NCBI GenBank assembly: GCA_965224245.1
Contig: OZ245046.1
Location: forward strand, 800,001 to 864,000
Source: Candidatus Eiseniibacteriota bacterium
GTDB lineage: Bacteria > Eisenbacteria > RBG-16-71-46 > CAZAMP01
DNA: 64,000 nucleotides
Direction of reading: 5' to 3'
Shown: positions 19,159 to 33,064 of the stretch, in pieces
How the letters are laid out: each line of letters opens with the position of its first letter
How positions within the stretch are numbered: position 1 is the stretch's first letter
Notes under the pieces: generated by a model
The model's input: only the letters and a program-made list of their open reading frames with translations
Database searches by the model: none
Told to the model about the DNA's origin: nothing
Program-made: the position numbers and the translations under genes

Positions 19159-20076
19159 ATGTGGATCGCGCGGCTCACGGCGCCCGCCCCGGTCATCGTC
19201 TCGTCTGCACTCCCGCTCCTCGTCTCGCCGGCGTTCGCCGAGACGATCAACGTCGACTTCGGCACGGCGGACGTGCCGGCGAGCAGCTACGCGGCCGCCG
19301 GCGAGAGCGGCGTCTGGAACGCCGTCGACGTGCTGCCCTCCGCCGAGCGCGCGCCCCTGGTCGACGTCGACGGGAACCCGGCCGGGCAGATCTACATGAT
19401 CGGGGGAACCGATCTTCTCGTCTCCGACGACACGTCCACCTCGGGTGACGACGCCTCGCTCATCGACGACATGCTCATCGGCTTCAACGATCCGGTCGAC
19501 GTGTGCATCTGGATCGAGAACATCGAGAACGGCCGGTACGAGGTGCTCACGTACGCGCTCACGCCGAGCGCGCCCGAGGCCACGAACCGCGTCCGCGTCG
19601 ACTTCGCGGACGAGGGCCCCATCGTGATCGGTGGCGCCTGGGGGGGCGCGCACGTCGAGGGTGTCAGCTACGCGCGCCACACGGTGGACGTGACCGACGG
19701 CGTCCTGGCTCTGCACTCGGGCGAGTGGGGAGCCGAGATCCAGTCCGGGATCAACGGGATCCAGATCGCGCCGGCCGGCACCGTGTCGGCGCCCGACCTC
19801 GCGACCGCCGTGACGATCAAGCACGTCCGGCCCAACCCGGCGCGCTCGTCGCAGGTACTCCTGCTCCGGGGTGCGATCCCGCCCGGAGAGACCCGGGTCG
19901 AGATCTTCGGCGTGACCGGCCGTCGCGTGCGGGCGCTGTCCGCATCCGCCGCCGGCGGCATGCTCCGGCTCGTCTGGGACGGCCGGGACGCGGCCGGCCG
20001 GTCGGTCCCGGCCGGACGGTACTGGGCGCGCGTGGGGGGGATGCCGCTCACGACGTCGCTGGTGCGCGTCGACTAG
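19159..20076 (+). CDS. Secreted protein with C-terminal FlgD-Ig domain
   Basis: GGAGGT RBS; signal ending AFA; INVDFG...WN domain; C-terminal PNP...IFGVTGRRVR...WDGRDAAGRSVPAGRY. Confidence 0.8.
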   Translation: MWIARLTAPAPVIVSSALPLLVSPAFAETINVDFGTADVPASSYAAAGESGVWNAVDVLPSAERAPLVDVDGNPAGQIYMIGGTDLLVSDDTSTSGDDASLIDDMLIGFNDPVDVCIWIENIENGRYEVLTYALTPSAPEATNRVRVDFADEGPIVIGGAWGGAHVEGVSYARHTVDVTDGVLALHSGEWGAEIQSGINGIQIAPAGTVSAPDLATAVTIKHVRPNPARSSQVLLLRGAIPPGETRVEIFGVTGRRVRALSASAAGGMLRLVWDGRDAAGRSVPAGRYWARVGGMPLTTSLVRVD

Positions 20077-20128
20077 TCCGCGTCAGGGCGCCCTCTGCTC
20101 GCCTCCGGCCGGGCGCGATCGGAGTGGG

Positions 20129-21085
20129 TCAGCCCCCGGCGTGCTCGCTCGCCGGGTGGTCGACCGGCTCGTGCGCGTGCTCGGGCTCGATCAGCCCGAT
20201 GGCGATGGACGCGGCCAGCCCCAGCGCGAGCGCCACGCTCAGCGGCAGCCGGTCGTGCGCGTGAAAGCGGACCTCCGGCAGGAGATCCGACAGCGACAGG
20301 CACACGAAGACGCCCGCCGCGAACGCCAGCGCCACGCCGGTGAACGCGTGCGGGTCGGTGGTGAGCGCCCCCGCGCCGACGTAGATCGCGGCCGCGCCGA
20401 TCGGGCACAGGAGCGCGAATCCGACGTTGACGGCCGTCCGGACGCGGGCCGTCCAGCCGGCGGCGCACATTACCGACGTGACGGCCAGCGCGTCGAGCGG
20501 CTTGTGCAGGAAGATCGCCAGGAACGTCCCCATCGCCACCAGGCCCGCGTCGCCGTGCTCGGACGCGAGCCTGATTCCGGCGCCCAGCGCCACGCCATCG
20601 ATCAGCGAGTGCAGCCCCATACCGAGCGCGACCCCGACCCACGCGAACCGGCCGACGCCGGATCCCGGTGCGGGTGACCTACCAGCGTGCGGCGTTCGAC
20701 CGTGGGGGTGCGCGTGTTCGTGTGCGTGCTCGTGCGCGCGGGCGTGCTCGTGCGGAGCGCCGTGCCCATGAACGTGACCGGGATCGCCCGGCCCCATCGC
20801 ACCCTCCATGGCCTCGGGCTCGGCGTGAAACGCGCGGATGAGAACGAAGGTGACGAGCATGCCGGCCAGGCACCACGACGCGACCGTGTCGACGTGTCCG
20901 ATCTCGGCCATCGCGTGGGGGAGGAGATGCAGGACGCCGACACCGAGCATGAAGCCGGCCACGAAGCTCATCATCAGCTGGACGCGGACGTGGCTCAGCC
21001 GGACGAGGTTGGGAACGAAGCCGCCGCCGAGGGAGGCCAGCACGACGAGTGCGGAGTACAGCGCCAGCACGAGCCCGTCGGTCAT
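20129..21085 (-). CDS. ZIP family metal transporter with His-rich loop
   Basis: Multiple TM helices; HLLPHA, HSLIDG, HKPLD, DLLPE; HEHAHEHAHPH loop. Confidence 0.92.
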   Translation of the reverse strand: MTDGLVLALYSALVVLASLGGGFVPNLVRLSHVRVQLMMSFVAGFMLGVGVLHLLPHAMAEIGHVDTVASWCLAGMLVTFVLIRAFHAEPEAMEGAMGPGDPGHVHGHGAPHEHARAHEHAHEHAHPHGRTPHAGRSPAPGSGVGRFAWVGVALGMGLHSLIDGVALGAGIRLASEHGDAGLVAMGTFLAIFLHKPLDALAVTSVMCAAGWTARVRTAVNVGFALLCPIGAAAIYVGAGALTTDPHAFTGVALAFAAGVFVCLSLSDLLPEVRFHAHDRLPLSVALALGLAASIAIGLIEPEHAHEPVDHPASEHAGG

Positions 21086-22470
21086 CGGCCTGTCGGTCCT
21101 TCCCTGGGCGCGGTCCCGCCGTTGTCCCTGAGGTGGCGCGCCAGCACGAACGACAGCTCGAGCGCCTGGCCATAGTTCAGGCGGGGATCCACCCGGCTGC
21201 GGTACGCGCGTCCGAGCTCGGTCTCGCTGAGACCGCCCGCGCCGCCCACGCACTCGGTCACGTCCTCGCCGGTGAGCTCGATGTGCACGCCGCCGAGATG
21301 CGTCCCGTGCGCCGCGTGTACCTCGAACGCGGCCTCGACCTCCTCCAGGATCCGATCGAAGCGTCGTGTCTTGACGCCCCCCGGCGTGGTCTCGGTGTTG
21401 CCATGCATCGGATCACAGCACCAGAGCACGTGCTTGCCGGTGCGCTCGACGGCGTCGATCAACGGGGGAAGCGAGGTCCGGATCTCATCGGCGCCGAACC
21501 GGTGGATCAGCGTCAGCCGTCCCGGCTCGTCGTGGGGGTGGAGCGCATCGACGAGGCCGGTCAGCCACTCGGGCGTCATCGCGGGTCCGATCTTGATGCC
21601 GATCGGATTGCACAGACCCCGGAAGAACTCCACGTGGGCGCCGTCCAGCGCGGCGGTGCGCATGCCGATCCAGGGGAAGTGCGTCGAGAGGTCGTACCAG
21701 CCCTCCCGGTGGGGGACGCGCCGCGTCTGGGCCTGCTCGTAGAGGAGGGCCAGACCCTCGTGGCTGGTGTAGAAGTCCACGCGCGACAGCTCGGCCAGCG
21801 ACACGCCGGCGAACGTCTCCACGAACTCGATCGAGCTCCGCAGCCGCTCGACGATCGCGTGATACTCGCTCAGCAGCCTCGGGTCCTTCACGAAGGACAG
21901 ATCCCAGTACTCGGGATGGCGGAGGTCGGCGAACCCGCCGTCCACCAGCGCACGGATGAAGTTCAGCGTCAGCGCGGCGCGCTCGTAGCCCCGGAGCATC
22001 AGCGTCGGATCGGGCTCGCGGTCCTCCTCGGTGAAGGTGGATCGGTTGACGAGATCGCCCCGGTAGCTGGGGAGCGCGGTCTCGCCACGCGTCTCCACGT
22101 CGGCCGATCGGGGCTTCGCGTACTGGCCGGCGATGCGCCCCACCCGCACCACGCGCCGGCCGGTGCCCTGGACCAGGACGAGGCTCATCTGCAGGAGGAT
22201 CTTCAGCTTGGCGGCGATGGCCCCGCTGTCGCAGTCCTCGAAGCTCTCGGCGCAGTCGCCGCCCTGCAGCAGAAACAGCTCACCGCGAGCGCACGCGCCG
22301 AGCTGTGCCTTCAGGCTCTCGACCTCCCAGGACGTCACGAGTGGCGGCAGCGCGGCCATCTCGTCCACCACGCGGGTTAGCGCCTCGGCGTCCCGGTACG
22401 TCGGCTGCTGGGTGGCGGGTCTGGACTGCCAGCTCGTGGGAGACCACGCTGGTGATGATGGGGCTGCCAC
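21082..22470 (-). CDS. Class II 3-deoxy-7-phosphoheptulonate (DAHP) synthase
   Basis: LQGGDCAESF, RIAGQYAKPRS, WIG.RT, DPMHGNT, DPRLN. Confidence 0.97.
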   Translation of the reverse strand: MAAPSSPAWSPTSWQSRPATQQPTYRDAEALTRVVDEMAALPPLVTSWEVESLKAQLGACARGELFLLQGGDCAESFEDCDSGAIAAKLKILLQMSLVLVQGTGRRVVRVGRIAGQYAKPRSADVETRGETALPSYRGDLVNRSTFTEEDREPDPTLMLRGYERAALTLNFIRALVDGGFADLRHPEYWDLSFVKDPRLLSEYHAIVERLRSSIEFVETFAGVSLAELSRVDFYTSHEGLALLYEQAQTRRVPHREGWYDLSTHFPWIGMRTAALDGAHVEFFRGLCNPIGIKIGPAMTPEWLTGLVDALHPHDEPGRLTLIHRFGADEIRTSLPPLIDAVERTGKHVLWCCDPMHGNTETTPGGVKTRRFDRILEEVEAAFEVHAAHGTHLGGVHIELTGEDVTECVGGAGGLSETELGRAYRSRVDPRLNYGQALELSFVLARHLRDNGGTAPREGPTGR

Positions 22471-22589
22471 GTCGGCACTCCTTGGAGACGAGCGGTGTCA
22501 CGACGGCGCGCGCCCGTACGCGCGCCGGGAGTGTAGCGACCGCCGGGGCGATGGCAAAGCGCCGTCACGTCCCGTCGGCGGGCGGGAGC

Positions 22590-24152
22590 TCAGGGAGTCT
22601 GGTCGACCTCGATCTGTGCCTGCTCGGCGGCGTCGGGGTCGTAGAGGCGCTCGGAGTGGGTCTCGCCGTCGTAGCGCAGCATCACCGTCCGGCCGTTGAC
22701 GATCGTCCGGAGCGCGACCGGCCGCTGCCAGACCGACTGGATGTTCTCGAGCGTCGGGCACGCGTAGTCGAGCTTGAGGTCCTGACCCAGGTGCTCGTGC
22801 TTGAGTAGCAGCTCGCCCCGGTTCTCGAAGTTCCCGTCCTCCACCCAGATGAACGGTCGCCCGGCGTTCGTGAGGCTCAACAGGAGGTTCTCCTTCACGC
22901 GCTCGTAGGCCCGGGTGTCGACCTCGATGCGACCGGTCTGCTCGTTGCGGCGGTACAGGAAGAGCTTCTGCTCCTCCACGAACACGTCGTCCAGGAAGGC
23001 GTCGATGAACCCGATGTCGTTGTAGATCCGGCGCACCTCGAAGATCTTCTCGTCACCCATCTTGGCCCCGGTGTCCCAGGAGGCCTTGCGCCGGTAGTCG
23101 TCACAGGACTCGTACTCGGGTCCGAAGCGGCCGCGGTCCCATCGCTCGTGGATGTGACGGAACATGTCCAGGCCGAGCTTGTAGGGGTTCAGCCGACCCG
23201 GCTGCTGCATGACGGTGCCGGAGTGATGATCGGCGAAGTCGATCACCTCGGCGTCGTTCAGGATGTCCTGTGTCATCATGCGCGAGTGCCAGAACGTGGC
23301 CCATCCCTCGTTCATGATCTTGGTCTGCGCCTGGGGCACGAAGTAGAGCTGCTCCTCGCGCACGATCGACAGGATGTCGGCCTGCCATCGCGTGAGCGGC
23401 GCGTGCTGGATCAGGAACTCCAGCACGTCGCGGGTGGGTTGCTCGGGAAACCGGCGCCGCTTGGCGGCGATGGCCTCGATCCGCTTGCGCTGCTCGTCGA
23501 GGTACTCCTTGGGGTTGACGAAGTCCTCCATGTAGCGCTTGTGAGCGCGGAGGCGCGGCACCGCGAAGTCACGCCCGCCGATCTCGGCCGACGCGCTCTC
23601 GCGGGCGCTGTCCATCGCCCGAAACGGGGACTGCGGGTCCACGAGATCCTCGATCGAGAGGCATACGTCGAGGAAGGACTCGACGGTCTCCAGGCCGAAC
23701 TTGTCGATGTAGCGCTGCACGCGCCCGCGATGGTTGGCCATCTCGTCGAGCATCTTGCGGTCGGTCCGCGCGAACCAGGTGTTGTTCTTGAAGAAGTCGC
23801 AGTGCGCGTAGACATGGGCGATGACGAGCTTCTGGTCCATCAGCGTGTTGCCGCGCAGGAGATACGCGTAGCAGGGGTCGGTGTTGATGACCATCTCGTA
23901 GATCTTGTGGAGCCCGTACTGGTAGCTCTTCTGGAGTCGCTCGTACTCCATCCCGAACTTCCAGTGCGGATAACGCACCGGGAAGCCGGTGAGAGCCGCC
24001 ACCTGGTTCATCTCCTCGTAGTCCACCATCTCGAAGATGGTCTCGAAGAAGTCCAGGCCGTAGCCGCGTGCGATCTCCGCGATGCGCGGGATCCACTCGG
24101 CGATGTCGTCGGGAACCTGACCGAAGCGGTTGCCCGGTGCGTAGCGCCTCAT
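22590..24152 (-). CDS. spoVR: SpoVR family protein
   Basis: [42 protein letters not shown]. Confidence 0.96.
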   Translation of the reverse strand: MRRYAPGNRFGQVPDDIAEWIPRIAEIARGYGLDFFETIFEMVDYEEMNQVAALTGFPVRYPHWKFGMEYERLQKSYQYGLHKIYEMVINTDPCYAYLLRGNTLMDQKLVIAHVYAHCDFFKNNTWFARTDRKMLDEMANHRGRVQRYIDKFGLETVESFLDVCLSIEDLVDPQSPFRAMDSARESASAEIGGRDFAVPRLRAHKRYMEDFVNPKEYLDEQRKRIEAIAAKRRRFPEQPTRDVLEFLIQHAPLTRWQADILSIVREEQLYFVPQAQTKIMNEGWATFWHSRMMTQDILNDAEVIDFADHHSGTVMQQPGRLNPYKLGLDMFRHIHERWDRGRFGPEYESCDDYRRKASWDTGAKMGDEKIFEVRRIYNDIGFIDAFLDDVFVEEQKLFLYRRNEQTGRIEVDTRAYERVKENLLLSLTNAGRPFIWVEDGNFENRGELLLKHEHLGQDLKLDYACPTLENIQSVWQRPVALRTIVNGRTVMLRYDGETHSERLYDPDAAEQAQIEVDQTP

Positions 24153-25246
24153 CGTCCCTGCCCCAGGAAGTCCTTGATGGAGTCGTAGATCTTGTCCTTG
24201 GACGTGATGTTGCTGGTCACCACGCGATCGTCCTCACCGAAGTGCTCGGTCAGGTCCTTCAGGAACTGCCCCGACCCGTACGGGCTCTCCACCTGCCCGT
24301 AGCAGAACTGATTCGACACCGGTATCAGGTACGAGCGGAGAAGGTCCACGCAGCGCTCGGTGTCGCCCGAGCCCCAGTTGTCGCCGTCGGAGAAGTGGAA
24401 CGGGTAGATGTTCCACATGCCGGGGTCGTACTCCTCGCGGATGAGCCGGGCCAGGAGCTCGTAGGCCGACGAGATCTTCGTCCCGCCCGACTCCTTCAGA
24501 CGGAAGAAGGTCTCCTGGTCCACCTCGCGCGCCGCGGCGTCGTGCACGATGTAGCGCGACTGAACGCTGGGGTAGTGGCGGCGGAGCCAGGTGTCGATCC
24601 AGAACGCCTCGGTCCGGACGATCTCCTTCTGCTCGTCACCCATCGAGCCCGACACGTCCATCAGGTAGAAGATCACCGCGTTCGCCTGCGGGACGTGCTT
24701 GGGGTTGCCGCCCCGGTACACGCGATCCTCGCGAACGGGCACGATGATGGGGCGCGCGGGGTCGTAGAGGCCGGTCATCATCTGGCGCCGGAGCGCGCGC
24801 CGGTACGTTCGCTTGAAGTGCAGGAGCGAGTCGGGGCCGGTGCGCCGGACCGTGGTGTAGCGGTGGCGCTTCTCGCTGACCTGACCGCCGCCCCGCGGCT
24901 CGATCTTGGGAAGCTCGAGCTCCTCGCCGAGGATGTCGGCCAGCTCCTCGAGCGTGATGTCCACCTCGAGCATGTGCTCGCCGGGCTGATCGCCGGCGTT
25001 CGTCGGGGCGCCGTCTCCCTCGGCGCCCTGGCCCTCGTCGCCGTCGCCCTGGCCGACTCCGGTCTCGTTCTCGCCGTAGCGAAAGGTCGGGATGTCGATG
25101 TGGGGGACGGGGATGCTGACGAGATCACGGCCCACACGGCCGATCATGTCGCTCTGGCTCATGTACTTGCGAAGACCCTGCTTGATCTTCCCGCGAACGA
25201 TCTGGCGGAAGCGATTCTGGTCTCGTTCGATCTTCAGGATCATCAC
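24149..25246 (-). CDS. yeaH: YeaH/YhbH (DUF444) VWA-domain protein
   Basis: [29 protein letters not shown]; lies between prkA and spoVR. Confidence 0.93.
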   Translation of the reverse strand: MMILKIERDQNRFRQIVRGKIKQGLRKYMSQSDMIGRVGRDLVSIPVPHIDIPTFRYGENETGVGQGDGDEGQGAEGDGAPTNAGDQPGEHMLEVDITLEELADILGEELELPKIEPRGGGQVSEKRHRYTTVRRTGPDSLLHFKRTYRRALRRQMMTGLYDPARPIIVPVREDRVYRGGNPKHVPQANAVIFYLMDVSGSMGDEQKEIVRTEAFWIDTWLRRHYPSVQSRYIVHDAAAREVDQETFFRLKESGGTKISSAYELLARLIREEYDPGMWNIYPFHFSDGDNWGSGDTERCVDLLRSYLIPVSNQFCYGQVESPYGSGQFLKDLTEHFGEDDRVVTSNITSKDKIYDSIKDFLGQGR

Positions 25247-25402
25247 CGACCTCGGCGGCCGTCGGAGACGGCGGCGTCCCGTGCACCCCGCACGAGAAGC
25301 TGGGAGCGGTCGGTCGACGAGGGACCGGGGACCGCTACGTTTTCACCATGAGCACGCGTGACGCCGCTCGACCTCGGCCCGACGCCCCGCTCGAGGAGCC
25401 GA

Positions 25403-27442
<2,040 letters not shown>

Positions 27443-27853
27443 GCCGCTTCGCCTCCGCTGGGGCGGCCAGAGTTCCCGCCGGTTACGCCTTTGTCGACTA
27501 TCCGTATCGACGCCCGGCCGCGCATACTTGACGAGTTCGCGCGAGAAGGGGGACGCGCGTCGCGTGTGGGCGCGCGACGCTGAACTCCACATTGGAATAT
27601 AGCGGCCGCCATGTCCACAGGTTCCGTGAGGGCGCCCGGTCTCCGGTCGAGAACGCGCCGCGCGCGGCGGTAGTCGTTTGCGAGGACGGCACCTGTGACG
27701 GCGGCGGCTGAGGTGAACCGCGGGCCGGTGTTTGGGGCCCGTCGACGGTGTGATAGTCTGCGCCGACGCGCCCGCGCTCGCCGAGCGCGGAGCCGCGAGG
27801 CTCGCCGACCCGGCGAGGTGCAGCGCCGTCGTCCCCGTGGAGATCGCGATCCC

Positions 27854-28894
27854 GTGTCCAAGCCTGAGCGCCCGCCGGTCACCAATCCCGCCATCGCCGC
27901 GGACGAGCGCGACTTCGAGGGAAACGTCCGGCCCAAATCGCTGGCCGAGTTTCGCGGCCAACCCAAGCTCAAAGAACAGCTTCGCATCTTCGTCGAGGCG
28001 GCGCGCCAGCGGGGCGAGCCGCTGGACCACGTGCTCCTGGTCGGCCCCCCGGGGCTCGGCAAGACGACGCTCGCGGGCATCCTGGCCGCCGAGATGCAGG
28101 CGACCTTCTCGGGCACCAGCGGGCCGGTGCTGGACCGGCCGGGCGATCTCGTGGGGCTGCTCTCGGGCCTGATGCCCGGCGGGCTCCTGTTCATCGACGA
28201 GATCCACCGGCTGAGCCCTGCGGTCGAGGAGTACCTGTACTCGGCGATGGAGGACTTCTTCGTCGACATCGTGGTCGACCGGGGCCCCGGCGCGCGCAGC
28301 GTCCGACTGGATCTACCCCCGTTCACGCTGGTGGGGGCCACCACGCGGAGCGGCCTGTTGACCGCCCCCATGCGGGCGCGGTTCGGTCTGACGATGCGTC
28401 TGGGGTACTACACCACGGCCGAGCTGGTCGACGTGATCGAACGGTCGGCGGCGCTCCTCGACACGCGGATCGACGCCGAGGGCGCCGTCGAGATCGCGCG
28501 GCGCGCCCGGGGCACCCCGCGCATCGCCAACCGGCTGCTCCGGCGCGTGCGCGACGTGGCCCAGGTGCGGGGCGCCGGCGCGGTGACCCTCGCGATCGCG
28601 CGGGAGGCGCTCGACATGCTCGACGTCGACGACTGCGGCCTCGACGAGATGGACCGCAAGATGCTCAGTACGATCGTGGAGAAGTTCGGAGGCGGCCCGG
28701 TCGGCATCGGCACCATCGCCGCGGCGGTGGGCGAGGAGCCCGACACGCTCGAGGACGTCTACGAGCCGTACCTGGTCCAGGAGGGCTTCATCAGCCGCAC
28801 GCGCCGGGGGCGGGAGGCCACGCCCCGGGCGTGGAAGCACCTCGGCATCGTGCGCCCTCCCACCAGCATCCAGACGACGTTCCCGAGCGACTGA
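27854..28894 (+). CDS. ruvB: Holliday junction DNA helicase RuvB
   Basis: [44 protein letters not shown] start inferred. Confidence 0.98.
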   Translation: MSKPERPPVTNPAIAADERDFEGNVRPKSLAEFRGQPKLKEQLRIFVEAARQRGEPLDHVLLVGPPGLGKTTLAGILAAEMQATFSGTSGPVLDRPGDLVGLLSGLMPGGLLFIDEIHRLSPAVEEYLYSAMEDFFVDIVVDRGPGARSVRLDLPPFTLVGATTRSGLLTAPMRARFGLTMRLGYYTTAELVDVIERSAALLDTRIDAEGAVEIARRARGTPRIANRLLRRVRDVAQVRGAGAVTLAIAREALDMLDVDDCGLDEMDRKMLSTIVEKFGGGPVGIGTIAAAVGEEPDTLEDVYEPYLVQEGFISRTRRGREATPRAWKHLGIVRPPTSIQTTFPSD

Positions 28895-28903
28895 TCACCC
28901 CGG

Positions 28904-29917
28904 ATGAAGCTCTCGGACTTCGACTTCACGCTGCCGCCCGAGCAGATCGCGCTCCATCCGTCCGCCCGTCGCGATCACTCGCGACTGTGCGTGCTGGATC
29001 GCCGGACCGGCGTTCGCGCGCACCGGCGGTTCGACGATCTCCCGACGTACCTGCGGGCCGGAGACGCGCTGGTGCTGAACGAGACGCGCGTGCGTCTGGG
29101 ACGCCTACGCGGGACGCGGGCCACCGGCGGGCGGGTCGAGCTCCTGATCACCGCGCCCCACCCCGATGGGGACTGGATCGCGATGGCAAAGCCGGGACGG
29201 CGACTGGCCGACGGCGAGCGCATCGCGCTCGAGCGGGGGACGGTGGAGATCCTGGCCACGATGCCCGACGGCCAGCGACGCATCCGTCTTCTCGATGCGC
29301 GTGGCGAGGTGGCCGATCCCGACGACGTGGGTGAGCCGGCGTTGCCGCCGTACATCCGGCGCGAGCCAGAGCCCGAGGATCGCCGGCGCTATCAGACCGT
29401 GTTCGCGCGCGAGACCGGCGCCGTCGCCGCGCCCACGGCCGGGCTGCACTTCACCGAACCGCTCCTGGACGCGATGTCGGACGCCGGCGTCCGGATCGTC
29501 CGGCTCGTCCTGCACGTGGGGGTGGGGACGTTCAAGCCGGTCACGGTCGACGACGTCGCCTCGCACGAGATGGACGCGGAGTTCTACCGGTATCCGGCGG
29601 CGGCGGCCGAGACGCTCGACGACGTGCGAGCGCGGGGCGGGCGGGTGATCGCCGTCGGCACCACCAGCGCGCGCGTCCTGGAGACGCTCGGCCCCGGCGC
29701 GCCGCCGGGCGAGGGCTGGACGAGCCTCTTCATCCACGATCCATACGCGTTTCGTGCCATCGACGGACTGGTCACGAACTTCCACCTCCCGCGCTCGACG
29801 CTGCTGATGCTGGTCTCCGCGCTCGCCGGGCGGGAGGCGGTCCTCGGCGCCTACCGCGAGGCCCGGGATCTGGGCTACCGGTTCTACTCGTACGGCGACG
29901 CGATGCTGATTCTCTGA
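28904..29917 (+). CDS. queA: S-adenosylmethionine:tRNA ribosyltransferase-isomerase
   Basis: LPPYI, YQTVF, AAPTAGLHF, TNFHLP.STL, YRFYSYGDAM. Confidence 0.98.
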   Translation: MKLSDFDFTLPPEQIALHPSARRDHSRLCVLDRRTGVRAHRRFDDLPTYLRAGDALVLNETRVRLGRLRGTRATGGRVELLITAPHPDGDWIAMAKPGRRLADGERIALERGTVEILATMPDGQRRIRLLDARGEVADPDDVGEPALPPYIRREPEPEDRRRYQTVFARETGAVAAPTAGLHFTEPLLDAMSDAGVRIVRLVLHVGVGTFKPVTVDDVASHEMDAEFYRYPAAAAETLDDVRARGGRVIAVGTTSARVLETLGPGAPPGEGWTSLFIHDPYAFRAIDGLVTNFHLPRSTLLMLVSALAGREAVLGAYREARDLGYRFYSYGDAMLIL

Positions 29918-30056
29918 CGTCGGGCAGGCTCGCCCCCAGCTCGCGTGGGCTCGACCCTGGCCTCGGTGGCGCCGGCTCGGTGGAACAGGACTCGCAGGCG
30001 CGCCGGGACGGGGGCTCTCGCCACGGGAGGCGGGCGGTCGAGGCGCCGGATCGGCG

Positions 30057-30815
30057 TCACGTCGTCTCGTGGGCGCGGGATGACGCCGTACGGATCGTGG
30101 CGGGGTCGTTGGTGATGATCCCGTCGCACCCGAGCGCGGCGAGCCGTTGCGCCTCGCGCGGAGCGTCGACCGTCCACGCGTGGACGCGAAGCCCCCGGGA
30201 CCGCACGAACGCGATCGCGCGCGCGTCGATCGAGGCATGGTGCAGGTTCAGCGCCCGCATGCCGTCCAGATGGGGCAGACCCAGCCGCCAGCGCGTGTCG
30301 CGGTAGGCGATCGGCGGCCGGAACGCACCGACCAGCTTGTGCAGCTCGAGGTCGGGTCGCCGATCGCGTGCCGCGGCGAGGATCCGGTCCGAGAACGACT
30401 GCACGACGACCGCGTCCCCCGGCGCATCGCCGATCGCCGCCACGAGTCGGTCGATCGAGGCCGCTCCGGGCCCGTGGATCGACTTGACCTCGATGAACAG
30501 TCTCGCACGACCGTCGACGAGCGCGACCACGTCCTCGAGTCGGGGAACCCGCTCGGTCGCGAACGCGGGACCGAACCACGCTCCGGCATCGAGTGCGGTC
30601 ACCTCCGCCGCGGTTCGCGCCGAGACCGGGCCGCGCCCATTCGTCGTGCGATCCAGCGTGTCGTCGTGGACGACGACATACCCGCCGTCGCGGGTCTCGT
30701 GCACGTCGATCTCGACCCCGTCCACGCCGATCTCCAGCGCGGCGCGCACCGCGGCCAGCGTGTTCTCGGGCGCGGCGAGCGAGGCGCCGCGATGGGCGAT
30801 GACGAGGGGACGCAT
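30057..30815 (-). CDS. Glycerophosphodiester phosphodiesterase family protein
   Basis: IAHRGAS..APENT, EIDV, VVHD, WTVD, GIITN.P. Confidence 0.95.
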   Translation of the reverse strand: MRPLVIAHRGASLAAPENTLAAVRAALEIGVDGVEIDVHETRDGGYVVVHDDTLDRTTNGRGPVSARTAAEVTALDAGAWFGPAFATERVPRLEDVVALVDGRARLFIEVKSIHGPGAASIDRLVAAIGDAPGDAVVVQSFSDRILAAARDRRPDLELHKLVGAFRPPIAYRDTRWRLGLPHLDGMRALNLHHASIDARAIAFVRSRGLRVHAWTVDAPREAQRLAALGCDGIITNDPATIRTASSRAHETT

Positions 30816-30951
30816 GAGGCGCGCATTGTAGGCGTGCCCCGGCTCCGGGGCGAGCGATCTCCAGTGGATCCCGTCATCCCGCGTGATCCGACGTGGGGAT
30901 GACCCTGCGTGCGGAGTTTGACGCTTGTTCGGTCACCGCGCCGCCTTCTAG

Positions 30952-32115
<1,164 letters not shown>

Positions 32116-32225
32116 TCCGGCGCCCGGTCGGGGACACAATAGGACGCTCTCGAAACTCACGCGGTGGTGGCCCGCCAACGGGCCGATCGGGTCACGCGAC
32201 GCGCTGGCCCCACAAGGAGTTCCCC

Positions 32226-32534
32226 ATGACCTGGCTTCTCGCCAGCCCTGCTCCCGGGTTCCGTGCGCTCGACTTCGCTCCGTTCCTCTTGATGATCGTC
32301 ATCTTCTGGCTGATCGTGCTCCGGCCGCAGCGGCGCCAGCAGGCGCAGCGCAAGGCGATGCTCCAAGCGCTCAAGAAGGGTGACGAGGTGGTGACCCAGA
32401 GCGGAATCCTGGGGCGCATCGTCGGCTTCAAGAACGACATAGTCGTCCTGAAGGTCGACGACTCGACGACGCTCCGGATGCAGCGATCCGCGGTCGCGGG
32501 CCTGGTGACCGAGCCGGTGAAAGAGAGCGCATGA
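32226..32534 (+). CDS. yajC: Preprotein translocase subunit YajC
   Basis: AAGGAG RBS; TM helix then RPQ...LKKGDEVVT.SGI.G. Confidence 0.93.
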   Translation: MTWLLASPAPGFRALDFAPFLLMIVIFWLIVLRPQRRQQAQRKAMLQALKKGDEVVTQSGILGRIVGFKNDIVVLKVDDSTTLRMQRSAVAGLVTEPVKESA

Positions 32535-33064
32535 GGGATCTGGTGCTGTACGGCGACCCGGTGCTCCGGAAGATCGCCGAGCCGGTCACGTCGTTCGACG
32601 ACGAGCTCCGCGAGCTCGTCGACGACATGTTCCAGATCATGTATGCCGAGGATGGGATCGGGCTCGCGGGACCGCAGGCCGGTGACTCCCGCCGCGTGTT
32701 CGTGATCGACATCCCGGCCGACGACGGCGAGGACGGCGTTCGCCTGGTGATGGTGAACCCGGAGATCGAGCACGTGGGCAGGAAGGTCACGGCCGAGGAA
32801 GGGTGCCTGTCGATTCCGGGGATCCGCGAGAACGTCGAGCGCCCCGAGGGCGTCCGTGTGCGGTTCCGGGACGCGGCCGGCGAGCCCCACGAGCTGGAGG
32901 CCAAGGGGCTCCTGTCACGCGCGATCCAGCACGAGAACGATCACCTCGATGGCGTGCTGTTCGTGGATCGCCTGCCCAGCATGCGGCGTGCGCTCCTCAA
33001 GCGCGCCCTGGCCGACATCGCCGCGGGCAAGGTGCCCCGGGAGAGCGAACGTTCCGACACATGA
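32531..33064 (+). CDS. def: Peptide deformylase
   Basis: GIGLAGPQ, EGCLS, QHENDHLDG. Confidence 0.98.
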   Translation: MRDLVLYGDPVLRKIAEPVTSFDDELRELVDDMFQIMYAEDGIGLAGPQAGDSRRVFVIDIPADDGEDGVRLVMVNPEIEHVGRKVTAEEGCLSIPGIRENVERPEGVRVRFRDAAGEPHELEAKGLLSRAIQHENDHLDGVLFVDRLPSMRRALLKRALADIAAGKVPRESERSDT

